Counted from the stretch's first letter, positions 36,313 through 50,047 are shown. The stretch is DNA of 64,000 nt from Eledone cirrhosa (GCA_964016885.1 OZ024740.1:209002001-209066000), one strand, 5' to 3'. Numbers and translations: made by a program. The notes: a model not told the origin generated them from the sequence alone.

Positions 36313-37852
36313 TAATGTCAGACTGGAACCGGCACCACCCCTAGCAATTAACATCAGTAGCACACCTTACAGCTCACATCCACACCCATCTCTATACTCT
36401 AAAGATAATACTGACAGCATTTGAGTGCCACCTACCCTGGGAATACCCCCTTGTACCTCTAATACTGATATCCCGACCGTGGACTACTTATTCTGCATTG
36501 CACAAATATAAGATTAGTATAAACTGGGGACACGGTACAGGTTGTGATGGCATAGTCCTGTGCATGGATTACCACCAAGAGATAGATTGATGATTAAATA
36601 GATAATCGTATTGTTAAGTGAGTATATACTGTAAGCGATCAGTTCATTGAATTATGCACGTAATCATCTTGATGTGGACTCCTTTAATACCTATTAATAG
36701 ACTCCACTCTAGCTTGGAGATGTGATACATAATTGATTTATATTTGAGACGGGGGTTGTCTATTACCTGATGGCCAGACTAGTGCGTTTATATGAGAGAT
36801 CGGATCTCCGGAACAACCGAAGATTTACTGGAGATGCAGGCAAGCAATGACCCGGAGCCTACCGGGTGGCATATATAATAGTGGGACCATACCAGGTCCT
36901 ACTGTTGTATTACATTTACATGGAGCAGTGACTTGAGAGTCCGACTCCTCTTATAGAACGTTTAGATATGACACCCCTTAATTATTGGTTGGCAATCATC
37001 CTAGTATATACACCCTTGTACTTCTTAATGAACAACTCTCTAACTTATAAATGGGTACCATACTCTAGATATTAGTTATAACTTCACATGATAGGCACGT
37101 ATTTGAATCACCATTAATGTAGTTTAGCATAGTAATGTAACTAAAATGACTAGCTAGTTACCTCCCCTTACGCATTAATTCCCCTTAATCATTCAGGCAC
37201 TTCCGGAATTTGGACAGCATGATATATTAATTAAGAACCGACTGGATACCGTTTATAGCTTGACTATATGCTGAACCACTGCGAATTATACGATAGACGC
37301 GTGTTCTCTATATATATATTGCGTCTCATGGATTATGTGAGTGGTGGTGTGAGCAAGGACAGTGGTACGACCTTGCCTACGATACAATAAGGTTTATAGT
37401 ATGTTGAAGGTTTTTGATATCTTGGTGTTTCCCCGCATCCGAGACTGTATATCATACAGATGTATGAGAATAAATGACTTAATAATTCAGCCTATATTAT
37501 AAGATCGATTGCCTGCTTCAACTGCCTGACCCTGCAAATATCATTCTGACGCACTCTAATCATGTATAGATAAGACAAGCGTGCATGCTACACGGGAGAT
37601 TGCTTCATGCACTGACTACTCTAAGCTTTCCTCTTGCTTTATCTTCATAGACTGCCAACGCTTCATGTTTATCTTTATTTTCACTCTTGCTTTTATTTTA
37701 TTTTATTTTATTTTATTTTTATCATGTAACACTTTATATGTAAATTGCCATGCTATTTCATTTGATGAATGTCACCCCACTGTTGATCAATATGCGCATA
37801 TGTTTTATGTGTCTCTTGGGTTGAAAAGGAGGTCAAGTATGTTATAAATAGC

Positions 37853-37899
37853 TGCTCCGAAAAATCCAAACCTCGGTTTGGAGGAAACAGTTGTAAGCA
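37853..37899 (+). ncRNA. Degenerate hammerhead at the PLE 3' end
   Basis: TGCT-CCGAAAA-A-TCCAAAC-CTCG-GTTTGGA-G-GAAA-CAGTTG-TA-AGCA. Two core substitutions relative to CTGAAGA. Confidence 0.6.
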
Positions 37900-39336
37900 A
37901 ACTTAAACTGAACTTTGATTACTGTAATCTCTCTCTCTATATATATATATATAAAATAAAGTTAAATAAAAGTCAAATGATTAATATTTAGCTTCGTTTA
38001 TTACTGCTATATATATTTCAGTGACAGCCATCTTTGGTTGTGACCTCTTCAGGCAGTTTGAATTAGTATGGTATAGACAAGTACATATGTTGTTTAGGTG
38101 TATGATATTGTCAATACTCTGATATGCCCAGTTCCTTGTTGGGTTGTTAATTCACTGGGTAACTGGAGTCATATGAATTCAAACAAACGAATTTTCGTGT
38201 CACAGGTCCCCTTCTCCTCTCATTGGTCAGTTATTAGAACATTCCTCATTCTAAGTGTTGTTATTGTTGGAGTTAGCTTAAAAATTGATAAAATGGTAGA
38301 AGGGACAAGGTGTTAAAGGAACAAAATAACAAAAAAAGTGTCAAACTTCCCATTGTTCAGTTCTGAGAGCATTCCTCAGTCAGAAGTCTATAGAATTCTT
38401 TCTGGGGTGAGGCTCCCTGTAGTGTTTTTGCCTGCTATTGTTCAGTACATTTGACCTCCACCATTATTTTGGTACTGTTGTTGTTGTAGTGGTCAGCTTA
38501 TATCTTGCTGCTGCTAACAATTTAGAAGTATCCAGTTTGTGTTTTCTCTTCATCCCTCCCGCCACCATCGTAGTGGTGGTGGTGGTGGGGGGGGGGGGGT
38601 TCTTTCATGTATATGAAGAAATATAAGGCAATAAATGAAGAAAACAGAAAATAAATAAATAATATAATAAAATAAAATAATTAATATAATTTGTGTAATT
38701 TGAAAATAAATAAATAAATAGAGAATAAAGAATAAAACAAATAAAGAGAAATCAAGATTTAAGATTGGAACTTGAAAGTCAGAAATCTGGTAAATTAAAA
38801 GTGTTTGTGTTATAGATGTTGGCCAAATTATTATGGCTGTGTCCGATTCTATCTCTAGGCTATCATGGTGTCTGCTCCGCCTGGGTTGTTCCCTATGGCT
38901 TGAGGGGAGTTCACAACCTAGGGTGTTGTTATTGTCCATATAGCTTGAGGGAGGTCTGGCCGAGAGGTGTTATCATGTTCTGTAGAAGTCCCTATAGCTT
39001 GAGGGGAGTTCACATCTTCTTGTGTTGCTACTGTCCATATATTTTGAGGAAGGTTCCGGCTCTAAGGTGTCTGCATGTCCCGACTATAACACAAACACTT
39101 TTAATTTACCAGATTTCTGACTTTCAAGTTCCAATCTTAAATCTTGATTTCTCTTTATTTGTTTTCTGCCCTCTTCACTGTATAACCTTATATTTATTTT
39201 AAGTTGAGACAGATTATAACACAAACACATTGAATATCTCATCTTAACATCTTGTATCATACCAATCTATCCAACATATTCTGACCTTCAGATTGGTTAT
39301 AGCACACACACACACACTTTATCCTACATTATTTCT

Positions 39337-39518
39337 GGATTGGCAGTATCGGTAGAGGGTCGGACGCCATGCTTTCCAGCATAGTTACGTCCCTTTACGA
39401 TCTGAGTTCAAATCCCGCCGAGGTTCACTTTGCCTTTCATCCTTACGGGGTCGATAAAATAAAGTACCAGTAATGCACTGGGTAATTGCTGGCCTTGTGC
39501 CTAAAGTAGAAACAATTA
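39337..39518 (+). mobile_element. Young SINE nested in the family F element
   Basis: Matches the reverse complement of 23620-23800. Confidence 0.85.
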
Positions 39519-40259
39519 TTTCTCACTTCTCCATATACATTATCATTACTTTTTCACCAATCTCTCATTTACTCTTTATTCTTTATTCTCTATTTATTTA
39601 TTTATTTTCAAATTACACAAATTATATTAATTATTTTATTTTATTATATTATTTATTTATTTTCTGTTTTCTTCATTTATTGCCTTATATTTCTTCATAT
39701 ACATGAAAGAACCTCCCCCCCCCCCCCCCCACCACCACCACCACTACGATGGTGGCGGGAGGGATGAAGAGAAAACACAAACTGGATACTTCTAAATTGT
39801 TAGCAGCAGCAAGATATAAGCTGACCACTACAACAACAACAGTACCAAAATAATGGTGGAGGTCAAATGTACTGAACAATAGCAGGCAAAAACACTACAG
39901 GGAGCCTCACCCCAGAAAGAATTCTATAGACTTCTGACTGAGGAATGCTCTCAGAACTGAACAATGGGAAGTTTGACACTTTTTTTGTTATTTTGTTCCT
40001 TTAACACCTTGTCCCTTCTACCATTTTATCAATTTTTAAGCTAACTCCAACAATAACAACACTTAGAATGAGGAATGTTCTAATAACTGACCAATGAGAG
40101 GAGAAGGGGACCTGTGACACGAAAATTCGTTTGTTTGAATTCATATGACTCCAGTTACCCAGTGAATTAACAACCCAACAAGGAACTGGGCATATCAGAG
40201 TATTGACAATATCATACACCTAAACAACATATGTACTTGTCTATACCATACTAATTCAA

Positions 40260-40314
40260 ACTGCCTGAAGAGGTCACAGCCAAAGATGGCTGTCACTGAA
40301 ATATATATAGCAGT
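40260..40314 (+). ncRNA. Type I hammerhead (family F; mirror copy 38003-38057 on -)
   Basis: ACTGC-CTGAAGA-GGTCACAGCCA-AAGA-TGGCTGTCACT-GAAA-TATATA-TA-GCAGT. Confidence 0.85.
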
Positions 40315-40460
40315 ACTAAACGAAGCTAAATTTTAATCATTTGACTTTTATTTAACTTTATTTTACACTACTCCGGAGTAACCAAACCAACCTGCGCACT
40401 TCGTCGAGTGCTCCAGCCTGCATACTGAGGTGTTGGTATACAACCAACATAAACTCTAAA

Positions 40461-40502
<42 letters not shown>

Positions 40503-41349
40503 AGAAGGTAGTACAGCATAATCGAAGCTCTGGTTGCGGGCAAGCAGTCGGGAAGTGCAGCCAAAAGCACTCAATAAGGAATTTTACCTTAGAGTTATAA
40601 CATTACGTTTAGACAGCTATGCAAATTAAAGACAGCGACCGAAATGCGAGCCGCTAGGACCAGAACAACGAAAAAAACCGACTCAGGGAAATCTTTGACA
40701 ATTATATCTTGGACCATCGTGGATATATTACATAATATTATATAACATCTCCACTAGGTTTCTGTAAATCCGAAATCATCAAAATCCAATTGCCGGGGCC
40801 TGCAAGTTAATTGGTCTTTGGAAGATAGAACAGTAGAATTTACTTCGTCAACAAGTTTTCGTTCTGCCGCCGCCGGTTGTAAGAACTAGTAGTAAACACT
40901 GCCAGTAGTCACGTGGATTATCCGAAGGGAGGTAGCCCCCGGTTTTGGCGGTCAAATTCAAAATTTGAACAGAGTATTTATATCCTTATATTCCTGATGA
41001 TTTCTCCCGAATGAGACAGTTTTAGTCCTGTAGAAGCCATTTCTATATTAAATATTTATACTCTGTTATGTATTGAGTACCTTACTTACTGTGGTTACCC
41101 CCGATTGAACCCGGGATAAACTTAATATATATATAGGAAAATGTTCAAGACACTGACGGCAGAGCTCAAGCCGTTTCGACCCACTCTACTACCCAAAGTA
41201 TTGAGTACTCTGGTGCATTATGGTCCACCTGGTTCCTTACCACACTTCCTTCGTTATATATATATATAAGGAAAAGTAAATAACGACAAGGAGTACAGTT
41301 ACGAAAGGTGTTAGGTATTAAGTTCACGCTTGAGAGTGCGGAGTGGGGG

Positions 41350-41382
41350 ACGACGTTTCGGGCATAAGCCCTTCATCAGGAG
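41350..41382 (-). ncRNA. Minimal PLE-type hammerhead motif (relative at ~52333-52368)
   Basis: Reverse complement CTGATGA-A-GGGC-TTAT-GCCC-GAAACGTC, with weak stem I. Confidence 0.6.
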
Positions 41383-41601
41383 AATGGTGGGAAAGAGAGG
41401 AGTTCCGAGAGGGTGTGAGGGGAGAGTGGTAAAAAAAACATTAAAATGAAGGGAAAAAAAATAAAAATAAAAATAACATGAGTGGGACAATAAGTTGAAA
41501 ACAAGTGGTGAAAGGGTGTGAGGAGTGTGGAGGTAGTGGTATATTGAGTACCTTACTTACTCTGGTTATACCCCCGATATATACATACATATATATATAT
41601 A

Positions 41602-43275
41602 TATTATAACATAACAGGAGGCTGGACGGGTGTAATTCCTTAAAAGGTTTATTATACTATGATCATTTCAATGACCGGGTTCAGTATGAATCCGTTGATA
41701 TCATCAGGTATTCGAAATATAACAAAGGAATATAATAGACAAAATCCATGGGGCTGAAAATCAGAGACATGAGGGCGACCGAACAGTTAGCAGCTTCTAC
41801 CCCGGTCGGCCGCCCTCGGTTTTATTTATGCATTTATTTACTCGCTTTACTCTCATTATATACTTATCCTTGTACTCATTAGCACACGACCCTAGAATAT
41901 TACTCTCTGTACCCCTATATCTGTTTATCTTTATTCACTCCCCCTACCCACCCAGGAATCATACTACATATAACCCGGACTAACTGGAGACTAAATATAG
42001 TCTATTTGCACATTTCATCAGATTTTACCACTTTCAACTTTTACATCACGGGTGTGAATAACTAATAATTGTTTGGTACACGCGATGATCCGACGGATGT
42101 GGCGGCTTTCCTGACTGTACGCCAGGCGCTCGGGTCGATCAGCCTTCCTTGAGTGCTTGGAAAAATAAATTCCCCCTTCTTTCGGTAAACGAAAATACGC
42201 CGAACGGCTGCTTTGCCCTGGGGCCCTGTCGGACTTGGAACCCACCGCGACACCGGTTATTGACCGCCAAACAGTACCTTTAAATTCTAGGCTTAATCAT
42301 AAATTTTAACTTTATCTTGCCTCCTTCTTCTAACACTTAACTAAATCCCCAACCAGTGTGAATAACTAATAATCGTTTGGTATATATGATGGCCGGCGGA
42401 CGGTGGCGGACTTCCCGCTAACACACCCGACGCTTAAGACAGTTAACATTCCTGGAATGCGCGGAAAAATAAATTTCCATTTGTTTCGCTAGACTCGGAA
42501 CGGCTGACCCGCCGTTGGGCCCCGGGCTGGCCGGGGGGTACGCACCGTCGCTGGTTATTGACCGCTAAGCATGGGCTTAATCTTTTCCCTATATTCTACC
42601 CTGAAACTTTATCGTGACTATCTATAATAAACTTAAACTTTTTCATAAAAGCCTCCTTCTGTAAATTCTTTAACTAAATCTCACAACCTCAAACCTAAAC
42701 CTTATTTTTCTAATTTCATCTTAAATGGCATATTCTAACTCTAAACATAAATTTAACGTTTCTAATTGTTAATCGTATTTTCTGTCCATACATTATACCA
42801 TGCAGACGCCCACTATATATTACTATATATAGATTTGTTAAAGATATGTTTGATATTTTTCGCGGCACTTTCTAGCGCGCATGTAAGCTTGATTATGACC
42901 TGACCTCAACGCTGGCTTCTGCCTTTGACGGGGTGGTAGAAGTAGTACACTATAAGCCTACGTCCTTTCACCAGATGGACATAAGTAGGCTTAATAATCA
43001 CCACTTGTGGGCGGCCGACTAGGGTAGAAACTGCTAAATGTTCGGTCGCCCTCATGTCTCTGATTTTCAGCCCCATGGATAAACCTTTTAAGGAATTACA
43101 CCAGTCCAGCCTCCTGTTATGTTATAATAATTAACTCCGTAGTCGCACCACCAACTACACAAACGAAGACGGGTGAGTTGCATTACGTTGAGTGCTCTCC
43201 ATAATATTACATCGAGGTTAACCATACGAAATGACCAGTTCTATCCAGTGGTGAATCAACAAACCTAAATAAATA
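41602..43275 (+). mobile_element. Long non-coding family C element with inverted ends and an internal ~300-bp tandem unit
   Basis: 41602-41650 and 41745-41800 are inverted at 43020-43130, internal repeat at 42052 and 42356, flanked by (TA)n. Confidence 0.65.
41654..41711 (-). ncRNA. Type I hammerhead (family C)
   Basis: ATAC-CTGATGA-long stem II-GAAA-TGATCA-TA-GTAT, then AATAAA. Confidence 0.8.
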
Positions 43276-43815
43276 TATAGCGAGGATACTGGGTTGTATG
43301 AATGTAACAAGGAATACATGGTTTGGTGTATAATATTTAATTAACAATGGTAGATAGTATACTTGACATGTCAAAGATAGATGTTAGAATGAAACAAAGT
43401 TAGTAGTTACCGTTTTGATTGCCAGGCAAACGCGGCTGGCAGAGGACGCCTGGCTAAGGCCAGGCGCCTGTTGGCCAAATTAATGGCAGAGCCAAATGAG
43501 AGGCTCTTGACCTGGTGCCGAAAAGGCAAAGAGAGTTAGAAAGCTTAAAGTTGTTAGTTTTATAGGGCTCTGACCGGAAGTTGCAGAAAGGGTTCTACTT
43601 CCCGTCTAGATCCCAATCAAAACAAGGGAGACAACCGCTACAAATATATATATATTAGGATTGGTGCTCTGAAATAGGATTAACGTAAGAGAGTACCGAT
43701 AAATTCTAGTACTAATAACATTGAACATAATAGGAAGAAGTTATATAAACTTTTAAAAAATTTTAACCTTTCGATCACGATTGATAAGAACGATAGAGCA
43801 GTTAATTTTTTAGAT

Positions 43816-45177
43816 GTGACATTAGACTTAGTCACTAATAATTATAAACCCTTCCACAAGCCAAATGAGACACTCTCTTACGTTAATCCTAATTCCAACC
43901 ACCCTAAATCTATGATTAGTTCTATTATTAACGGTCTATCTAATAGAATCTCCACACTCTCTAAAGATATAAGAATTTTTAATTCACATGCTGAGTATTA
44001 TAATAATGCCCTAGCTAACTCTGGTTACTCTGGTAGACTACCTTATAAAGATGACAACCTTGAAACGACTCCGATTACCCATAATAACGTGATATCCCAC
44101 AATATGGCCGTAAATGGGGGTAGAAAACTTAGGAATCATAGAAATCTTATAGATATATCTAAACCGAACCCTATGTATAACAACCGCAATAGTAATTATA
44201 ATAGTGTGTCTAATGGCACACATTTTGAGCTTAGTTTTAATGAACAGGATATACGCTCTGAACGTTCACCCAGTGATAATGCTGTAGCGGCTTCTAATAG
44301 TGTTAATTCAATTGGTCCTCACTTAAACCCTGATCCTATAAATAAGATACATGTTAGAAATAGAAATAGTAAAGGTAAGAATAGGAGAAGGCTTAATACC
44401 TACTTTAACCCACCTTATAACCATGATGTACTAACTAATATCCCTAGGTCTTTCTTTTCTATTTTAGAGAAAAATTTCCCTCCTACTAATAAGTATCATA
44501 GTATCTTTAATAAGAATGTAATTAAACTCTCCTTCGCCACTACCCCTAACATTAGTTCTCATCTAGCTAGCACTAATAATAAGAAAATTAGGGACAGCTA
44601 CTGCTCTTTACTTACCACTAATCTAGATAGTCCTATTAATAACTTACCACCCGAGCAGACCTTGTTGTCTAATAACCCTAAGAGTAATACTTCGCGTCAT
44701 CAGCTAATCACTAGTACCCGGAAGTGTAATTGTAGATTAAGTAATAGCTGCCCTTTAAATGGTAACTGCCTCTCTAGGAATATTGTTTATGCATGTGATG
44801 TTAAGACTAATTATTCTTGTAAAACATATATAGGCTCCACATCTAATACTTTTAAAACTAGGTTTAATTCGCAGGCCTCTAATTTTAAGCATATCAAATT
44901 TAAAAACTCTACTTCTTTGGCACACCATATTTGGAATTTAAAAGGGAATAATATACCGTACAGTCTGCATTGGCGTATTGTAGCCCACTCTAATCACCTT
45001 TCCACCCACGCTAAATTCTGTAATCTTTGTATTCTAGAGACCCATTCTATAATTTTCTCTGGGAACGTATTGCTTAATAGAAAATCGGAAATATTTTCTT
45101 CCCGTCCGCATGCTATCTCTAATTCCTTCTTCTATTATAAACCTAAAAGCTCAGGTAGTTTAAACTGTATCCATTAG
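43816..45177 (+). pseudogene. Truncated PLE ORF (RT thumb + GIY-YIG endonuclease)
   Basis: Frame open from ~43700, lacks the YRDD motif. Confidence 0.85.
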
Positions 45178-45331
45178 CTGCTTTCATTCCTTATCACTTT
45201 AGTTTTAGCTCATTATTATTATTATTATTAGTTTTCTACGGTTTATTGATTTTAGTATTTCTAGTTTTCTTAGCTGTTTTAGCCCATTTATCATCTTAAC
45301 CATTATTACATTTTTACTTATCCTTGTCGAC

Positions 45332-45362
<31 letters not shown>

Positions 45363-46707
45363 TTTCTATCTTTATTTTCATCCCTGGTTGGAGTGTATCT
45401 TATTGAATCGTTTAATTTTAGTCTCCTTCATCTTAGGCTAATGAACCTCATCCTTTCTACACTTAATCTTCGCCTTATTGAATATATATATATTATAATT
45501 TTATGTCCCTTCTTGCCCTCCGTAGTTTTACTTCTTTCTGTTCCCCTTTGTCTACCATAGTTTTAATTGGAGTTTTTACTTTGGATAACGTTAGTCGTCA
45601 TGACGGATTTTAATATATCGTCGATAAAAGTATTAGCCCATTTATTGAAATATCTTGATCTATATCTACATTGATGACTTAACTTTTATTCCATATGAAG
45701 TGACCCGTAATGTTTATTCAACTATTATAAGATTAATTAAATTAATAAGGGTTTCAATTCAATTTTTTTTTGGTTTAGATTAGTAGTATCTTCTAGTTTC
45801 ACCTAACGGTTTGATGCGCCTACGTGATTTTGTGTCTGTGTTTATTTTTGTATTTGTTTTCATTTTACTTTGCTACCACATGCTGTCTGTCTTTCCTATC
45901 ATCTGTCACTCGTGACCTTGATCTCACTGTGTAAATATGTCTTAAGCTTTTTCCCTTGATATTGTGTGTCTGCTATTGAAATATTAATATTTATATATTA
46001 TATTGTATTATATGTAATTGAATTATAAGTATGTGTCCGGTATTGAGATACTGATATGTAATATTATATGGATTTGAACTGCCTATATCTCCGTATATTT
46101 ATTGTCTATTATATATGTTTATTTATTTATTTTTTTTTTTTCACCATACTTTTAAATATTATATGGTATTATTATTTTTTTACCCTGTGAAATACATTAT
46201 GCTTCTATATACAATTTGTTGACTGTAAATGATACATAGGATGTATTTTTATATATTTTTTTTAATGTCAATATATTATTTTCATTGGTTTTGGTATTTT
46301 TTAATCACACCGTCAGGGTGATTATTCTAATATTTATATTTGTGTTATTATGTGTATGTGTAAATGTGTATATATATGTGTCAGAGTGAGTGTGGGTATA
46401 TATATATGTATATTAAGTTTTATTTATGTATTATCTATTGTATTGTATTGTATATTGTATTATAATTCTCACATTGTATTACTATGTTGTGTTTCAAGTA
46501 TTAGACTTGTATTGTACTTTTAACGTGGGTTTGTTTAATGTTTAATGTCTTGCTTGCTCTATTGCCCTATAGCCTTTATTTACAAATGCACCATATTAGG
46601 TTTAGCATGTCTTTCCATGATAATTCTCCCAAATTTTCATAAATATCCACTCCATGTTCTTCTGAGTTTTGGCCTGTTCTGGCCGTTAATACCTCTTGTC
46701 TTTTTCC

Positions 46708-46752
46708 TTGCTCTGATGAGTCCTGGTTAATGGGACGAAACACTGTCAGCAA
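46708..46752 (+). ncRNA. Minimal type I hammerhead in the PLE 3' end
   Basis: TTGCT-CTGATGA-GTCCT-GGTTAAT-GGGAC-GAAA-CACTG-TC-AGCAA, then AATAAA. Confidence 0.88.
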
Positions 46753-47331
46753 ATAAAGATTGTTGATGTATTGAAGGCTTCTTTGTTTATTTTATATAAT
46801 TTTTCGGCTCTGTTGGAAAACATTGAGCTATACTCTATACTGTCTTTTCTCTAATACGACGAGTGTGTTTAACTCCAATGCACTCAAGTATTCTAATCTT
46901 ATATATATATATATGAAAAGAGTCAGGAGCCCCGGCAGCTGAGCTTCGGCCGTTTCGACATCTAGATCCGAACTAAACAACCAGTATTAGAACGGCAGGA
47001 ATCTAGCTGAACTTATCAAAGGGTACAGTCCATATATGGGCATGCAGTCAAAGCAAAAACAAGCAAAAAAATCCGCAACGCCGGTGAACGAACGCCTCTC
47101 ATCACGAACAAATCGGTTAACGAACAACAGTTGGTGTCAAGCTGGGAATATCGGCGGGAAAGCGCACACGCGCGCGTGTGTGTGTGTCCGTGTCTGTCTG
47201 TGTGTACAGGATATCCGTAAAAGACCAAGGAAACAATTCAATTTATTGCAAGAGAGTTTGTTTAGTATAATTAAAATTCTATACACTTGAGGTTGCGCAT
47301 ACAAGTGTATAACATTTTAATTACACACATA

Positions 47332-47365
47332 GAATACCAACACAAACATGTGGTTGATCTCATAA

Positions 47366-47439
<74 letters not shown>

Positions 47440-49882
47440 ATTAAATAAATGGAAACTATATTTATAAAACCATATTTATTTCATTATATATATTTCAGGG
47501 ATAACATATTAACAATATGCTATGCCTTCCTCAGACAAAATACAATATAAACAGTTTTATAGATAAATAGATTCGACATACCGTAAACAACATCTACTTG
47601 CATTTGAGAAGGTTGATTTGGTTGTGACAAAATTGTACACAGAGAGAAAGAAAGAGAGAGAAAAAGAGAGAAAAAAAGAAAAGAAAGATAGAAAACGAAG
47701 AGAAAGAAAAAGAAGAAATGCATGGAACAAAATAGAGAGATGGAAAGATAGATAAAGAGAAGAACTTCATGTAAAGAAACAGAAAGATATATATATATAT
47801 ATAGAGAGAGGAAATAGAGATAGATACATATATAGAAAGCTAGGTAGTGGGACAACTGTTGAATAACGTATCAATGATACATTTATTTATTTATTTATTT
47901 ATTTAGCTCTAGTATTAATGTAAGGGAGATATATGGAGGGAAAACCAGCTGTTATATAGGGAGAGAAAAAATATAGAGAGAGAGAAAAAAAGAGAGAGAG
48001 AAAATTCAAAAATATCCAGACACAGGCTAGGCGTAAAAACCTCTGTTTTAATGTAGAGGTATTAGATAACGTTAGATAACTAGATAACGTTAGATATTCG
48101 ACGGCTTGGAATATAGTCTCAAGAGGGATTCCTTTTAATTCATCCTCTGAGACATGCGACCTCTGCGCAGAGGAGATATTCTTTATACTAAAATCTAAAA
48201 ATTCCCTTAATCTACGGACAAATTTATTCAGTTGTTGCAAACATAGATTAAACTCAACGTTTAAATATAAATTTAAATTTAAAATGTAGTATATTTAGTT
48301 TGATTTATAATTATATGGGAAACTAGCCGATAAATCTTTGATTCTCTTTTTACTCTTTTTATTTTTAATTTAAACATTCTTCATGAAAAATTAAGCTATC
48401 CTAAAAGTTGATGCTCCAAATATTTCGAATAAACGTTACACTAGATAAACTTCTATATTAAATATAAGAACACATGTAGACCAAATTGGGCATCCTATAC
48501 TTTTTGAAATGATCTTTGCTAGATGCGATTTGATAGATAATTTTTGGCTTTATCTGTTTTTCGACTCTGATGTTTATAATGAACTTGGCAATATATTGTC
48601 AATTAATTTTGAAGGGTTGATCTTTGTGGTTTATTTTATTTTTATTACTGTAGTATTTCCTAATTTTTATTTTTAATATTTTTAATATGTAAATTTTTTA
48701 ATATGTAATATTTTTAATATGTAATATTCTTTCGTAATATTTCTTAGTTTTCTATTTTATTATTACTTATTATTATTATTGTTATTTTTAGTTTAGTTTT
48801 GTTTCCGATATATTTTTATTTTTATTTTTATTTTTATTTTTATTTTTATTAGTATATCGAAATCTGCTCTATCTTTGCTTGATAGATAATCTTGTAGAGT
48901 AGAGACAGAAATACTAATATTGACTCTATATACACATATATGTATACTTAAATTTTTATACCGCATTGAGAATACTTTCCGTGAACTTAGAGTTTGCAGA
49001 ATTGATCATGTACATTCACATAGATGTTTGTAATTATCACATAAACATATGAATTTTTTTAAAAAAACTAAACATAAGATCATTAATTTTCACACATTGT
49101 GGATACATATCTCATTCAGGAATACTGATATTTACAATGCACAGGCTGGTTTTGTAAATACTAATACCTCTACATTAAAACAGAGGTTTTTACGCCTAGC
49201 CTGTGTCTGGATATTTTTGAATTTTCTCTCTCTCTTTTTTTCTCTCTCTCTATATTTTTTCTCTCCCTATATAACAGCTGGTTTTCCCTCCATATATCTC
49301 CCTTACATTAATACTAGAGCTAAATAAATAAATAAATAAATAAATGTATCATTGATACGTTATTCAACAGTTGTCCCACTACCTAGCTTTCTATATATGT
49401 ATCTATCTCTATTTCCTCTCTCTCTATATATATCTCTTTCTGTTTCTTTACATGAAGTTCTTCTCTTTATCTATCTTTCCATCTCTCTATTTTGTTCCAT
49501 GCATTTCTTCTTTTTCTTTCTCTTCGTTTTCTGTCTTTCTTTTCTTTTTTTCTCTCTTTTTCTCTCTTTCTCTCTCTCTTTCTTTCTCTCTGTGTACAAT
49601 TTTGTCACAACCAAATCAACCTTCTCAAATGCAAGTAGATGTTGTTTACGGTATGTCGAATCTATTTATCTATAAAACTGTTTATATTGTATTTTGTCTG
49701 AGGAAGGCATAGCATATTGTTAATATGTTATCCCTGAAATATATATAATGAAATAAATATGGTTTTATAAATATAGTTTCCATTTATTTAATATTGTAAA
49801 TATACTCCAAATATTTGTCGAGTGCTTTTATATCAGTTATAAATATTTACTAGTTGTAACACAACAATTTAAATATAACTTT

Positions 49883-49953
<71 letters not shown>

Positions 49954-49985
49954 TTATAAGATCAACCACATATTTGTGTTGGTAT
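47332..49985 (+). mobile_element. Large fold-back family A element (~630-bp inverted arms 47436-48064 / 49163-49797)
   Basis: Mirror ORFs 47520..47855 and 49371..49712. The inversion extends into the flanking (TA)n and ~40 bp beyond. Confidence 0.8.
49690..49755 (+). ncRNA. Type I hammerhead (family A; mirror copy 47477-47542 on -)
   Basis: TATTTTGT-CTGAGGA-AGG-C-ATAGCAT..ATGTTAT-C-CCT-GAAA-TATATA-TA-ATGAAATA. Confidence 0.8.
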
Positions 49986-50047
49986 GCTATGGCAGAAGTA
50001 TTGTATTGCGTGGTGGAATGTAATATAGTGACAGTAATATTTATTAA

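Larger units (their letters stand above)
33963..37928 (+). mobile_element. Penelope-like retroelement (Naiad-like), 5'-truncated, ~1.6-kb 3' UTR
   Basis: RT plus C-terminal GIY-YIG, inserted in a (CT)n(AT)n tract, degenerate hammerhead at 37853-37899. Confidence 0.9.
37952..40462 (+). mobile_element. Large fold-back element, family F (~780-bp inverted arms 37952-38735 / 39572-40365)
   Basis: Arms near-identical (mirror ORFs 38098..38316 and 40001..40219). Inner inverted segment 38740-38815 / 39085-39165. Interrupted by a SINE. Confidence 0.85.
43700..46900 (+). mobile_element. Second Penelope-like element (Naiad-like), 5'-truncated within RT
   Basis: ORF 43816..45177 is homologous to the 34663..36312 ORF (VNFLD, PFHKPNE, SNHP, CNCR..CPL, IVY..YIG, CNLCILE). 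Long 3' UTR with hammerhead, ending in (TA)n. Confidence 0.9.

Noticed and set aside
46945-47020. GAAA-CGGCCG with upstream TTGATAA on the - strand (similar at ~41165 and ~24665)
   Set aside because: Core and cleavage site too degenerate to call hammerheads
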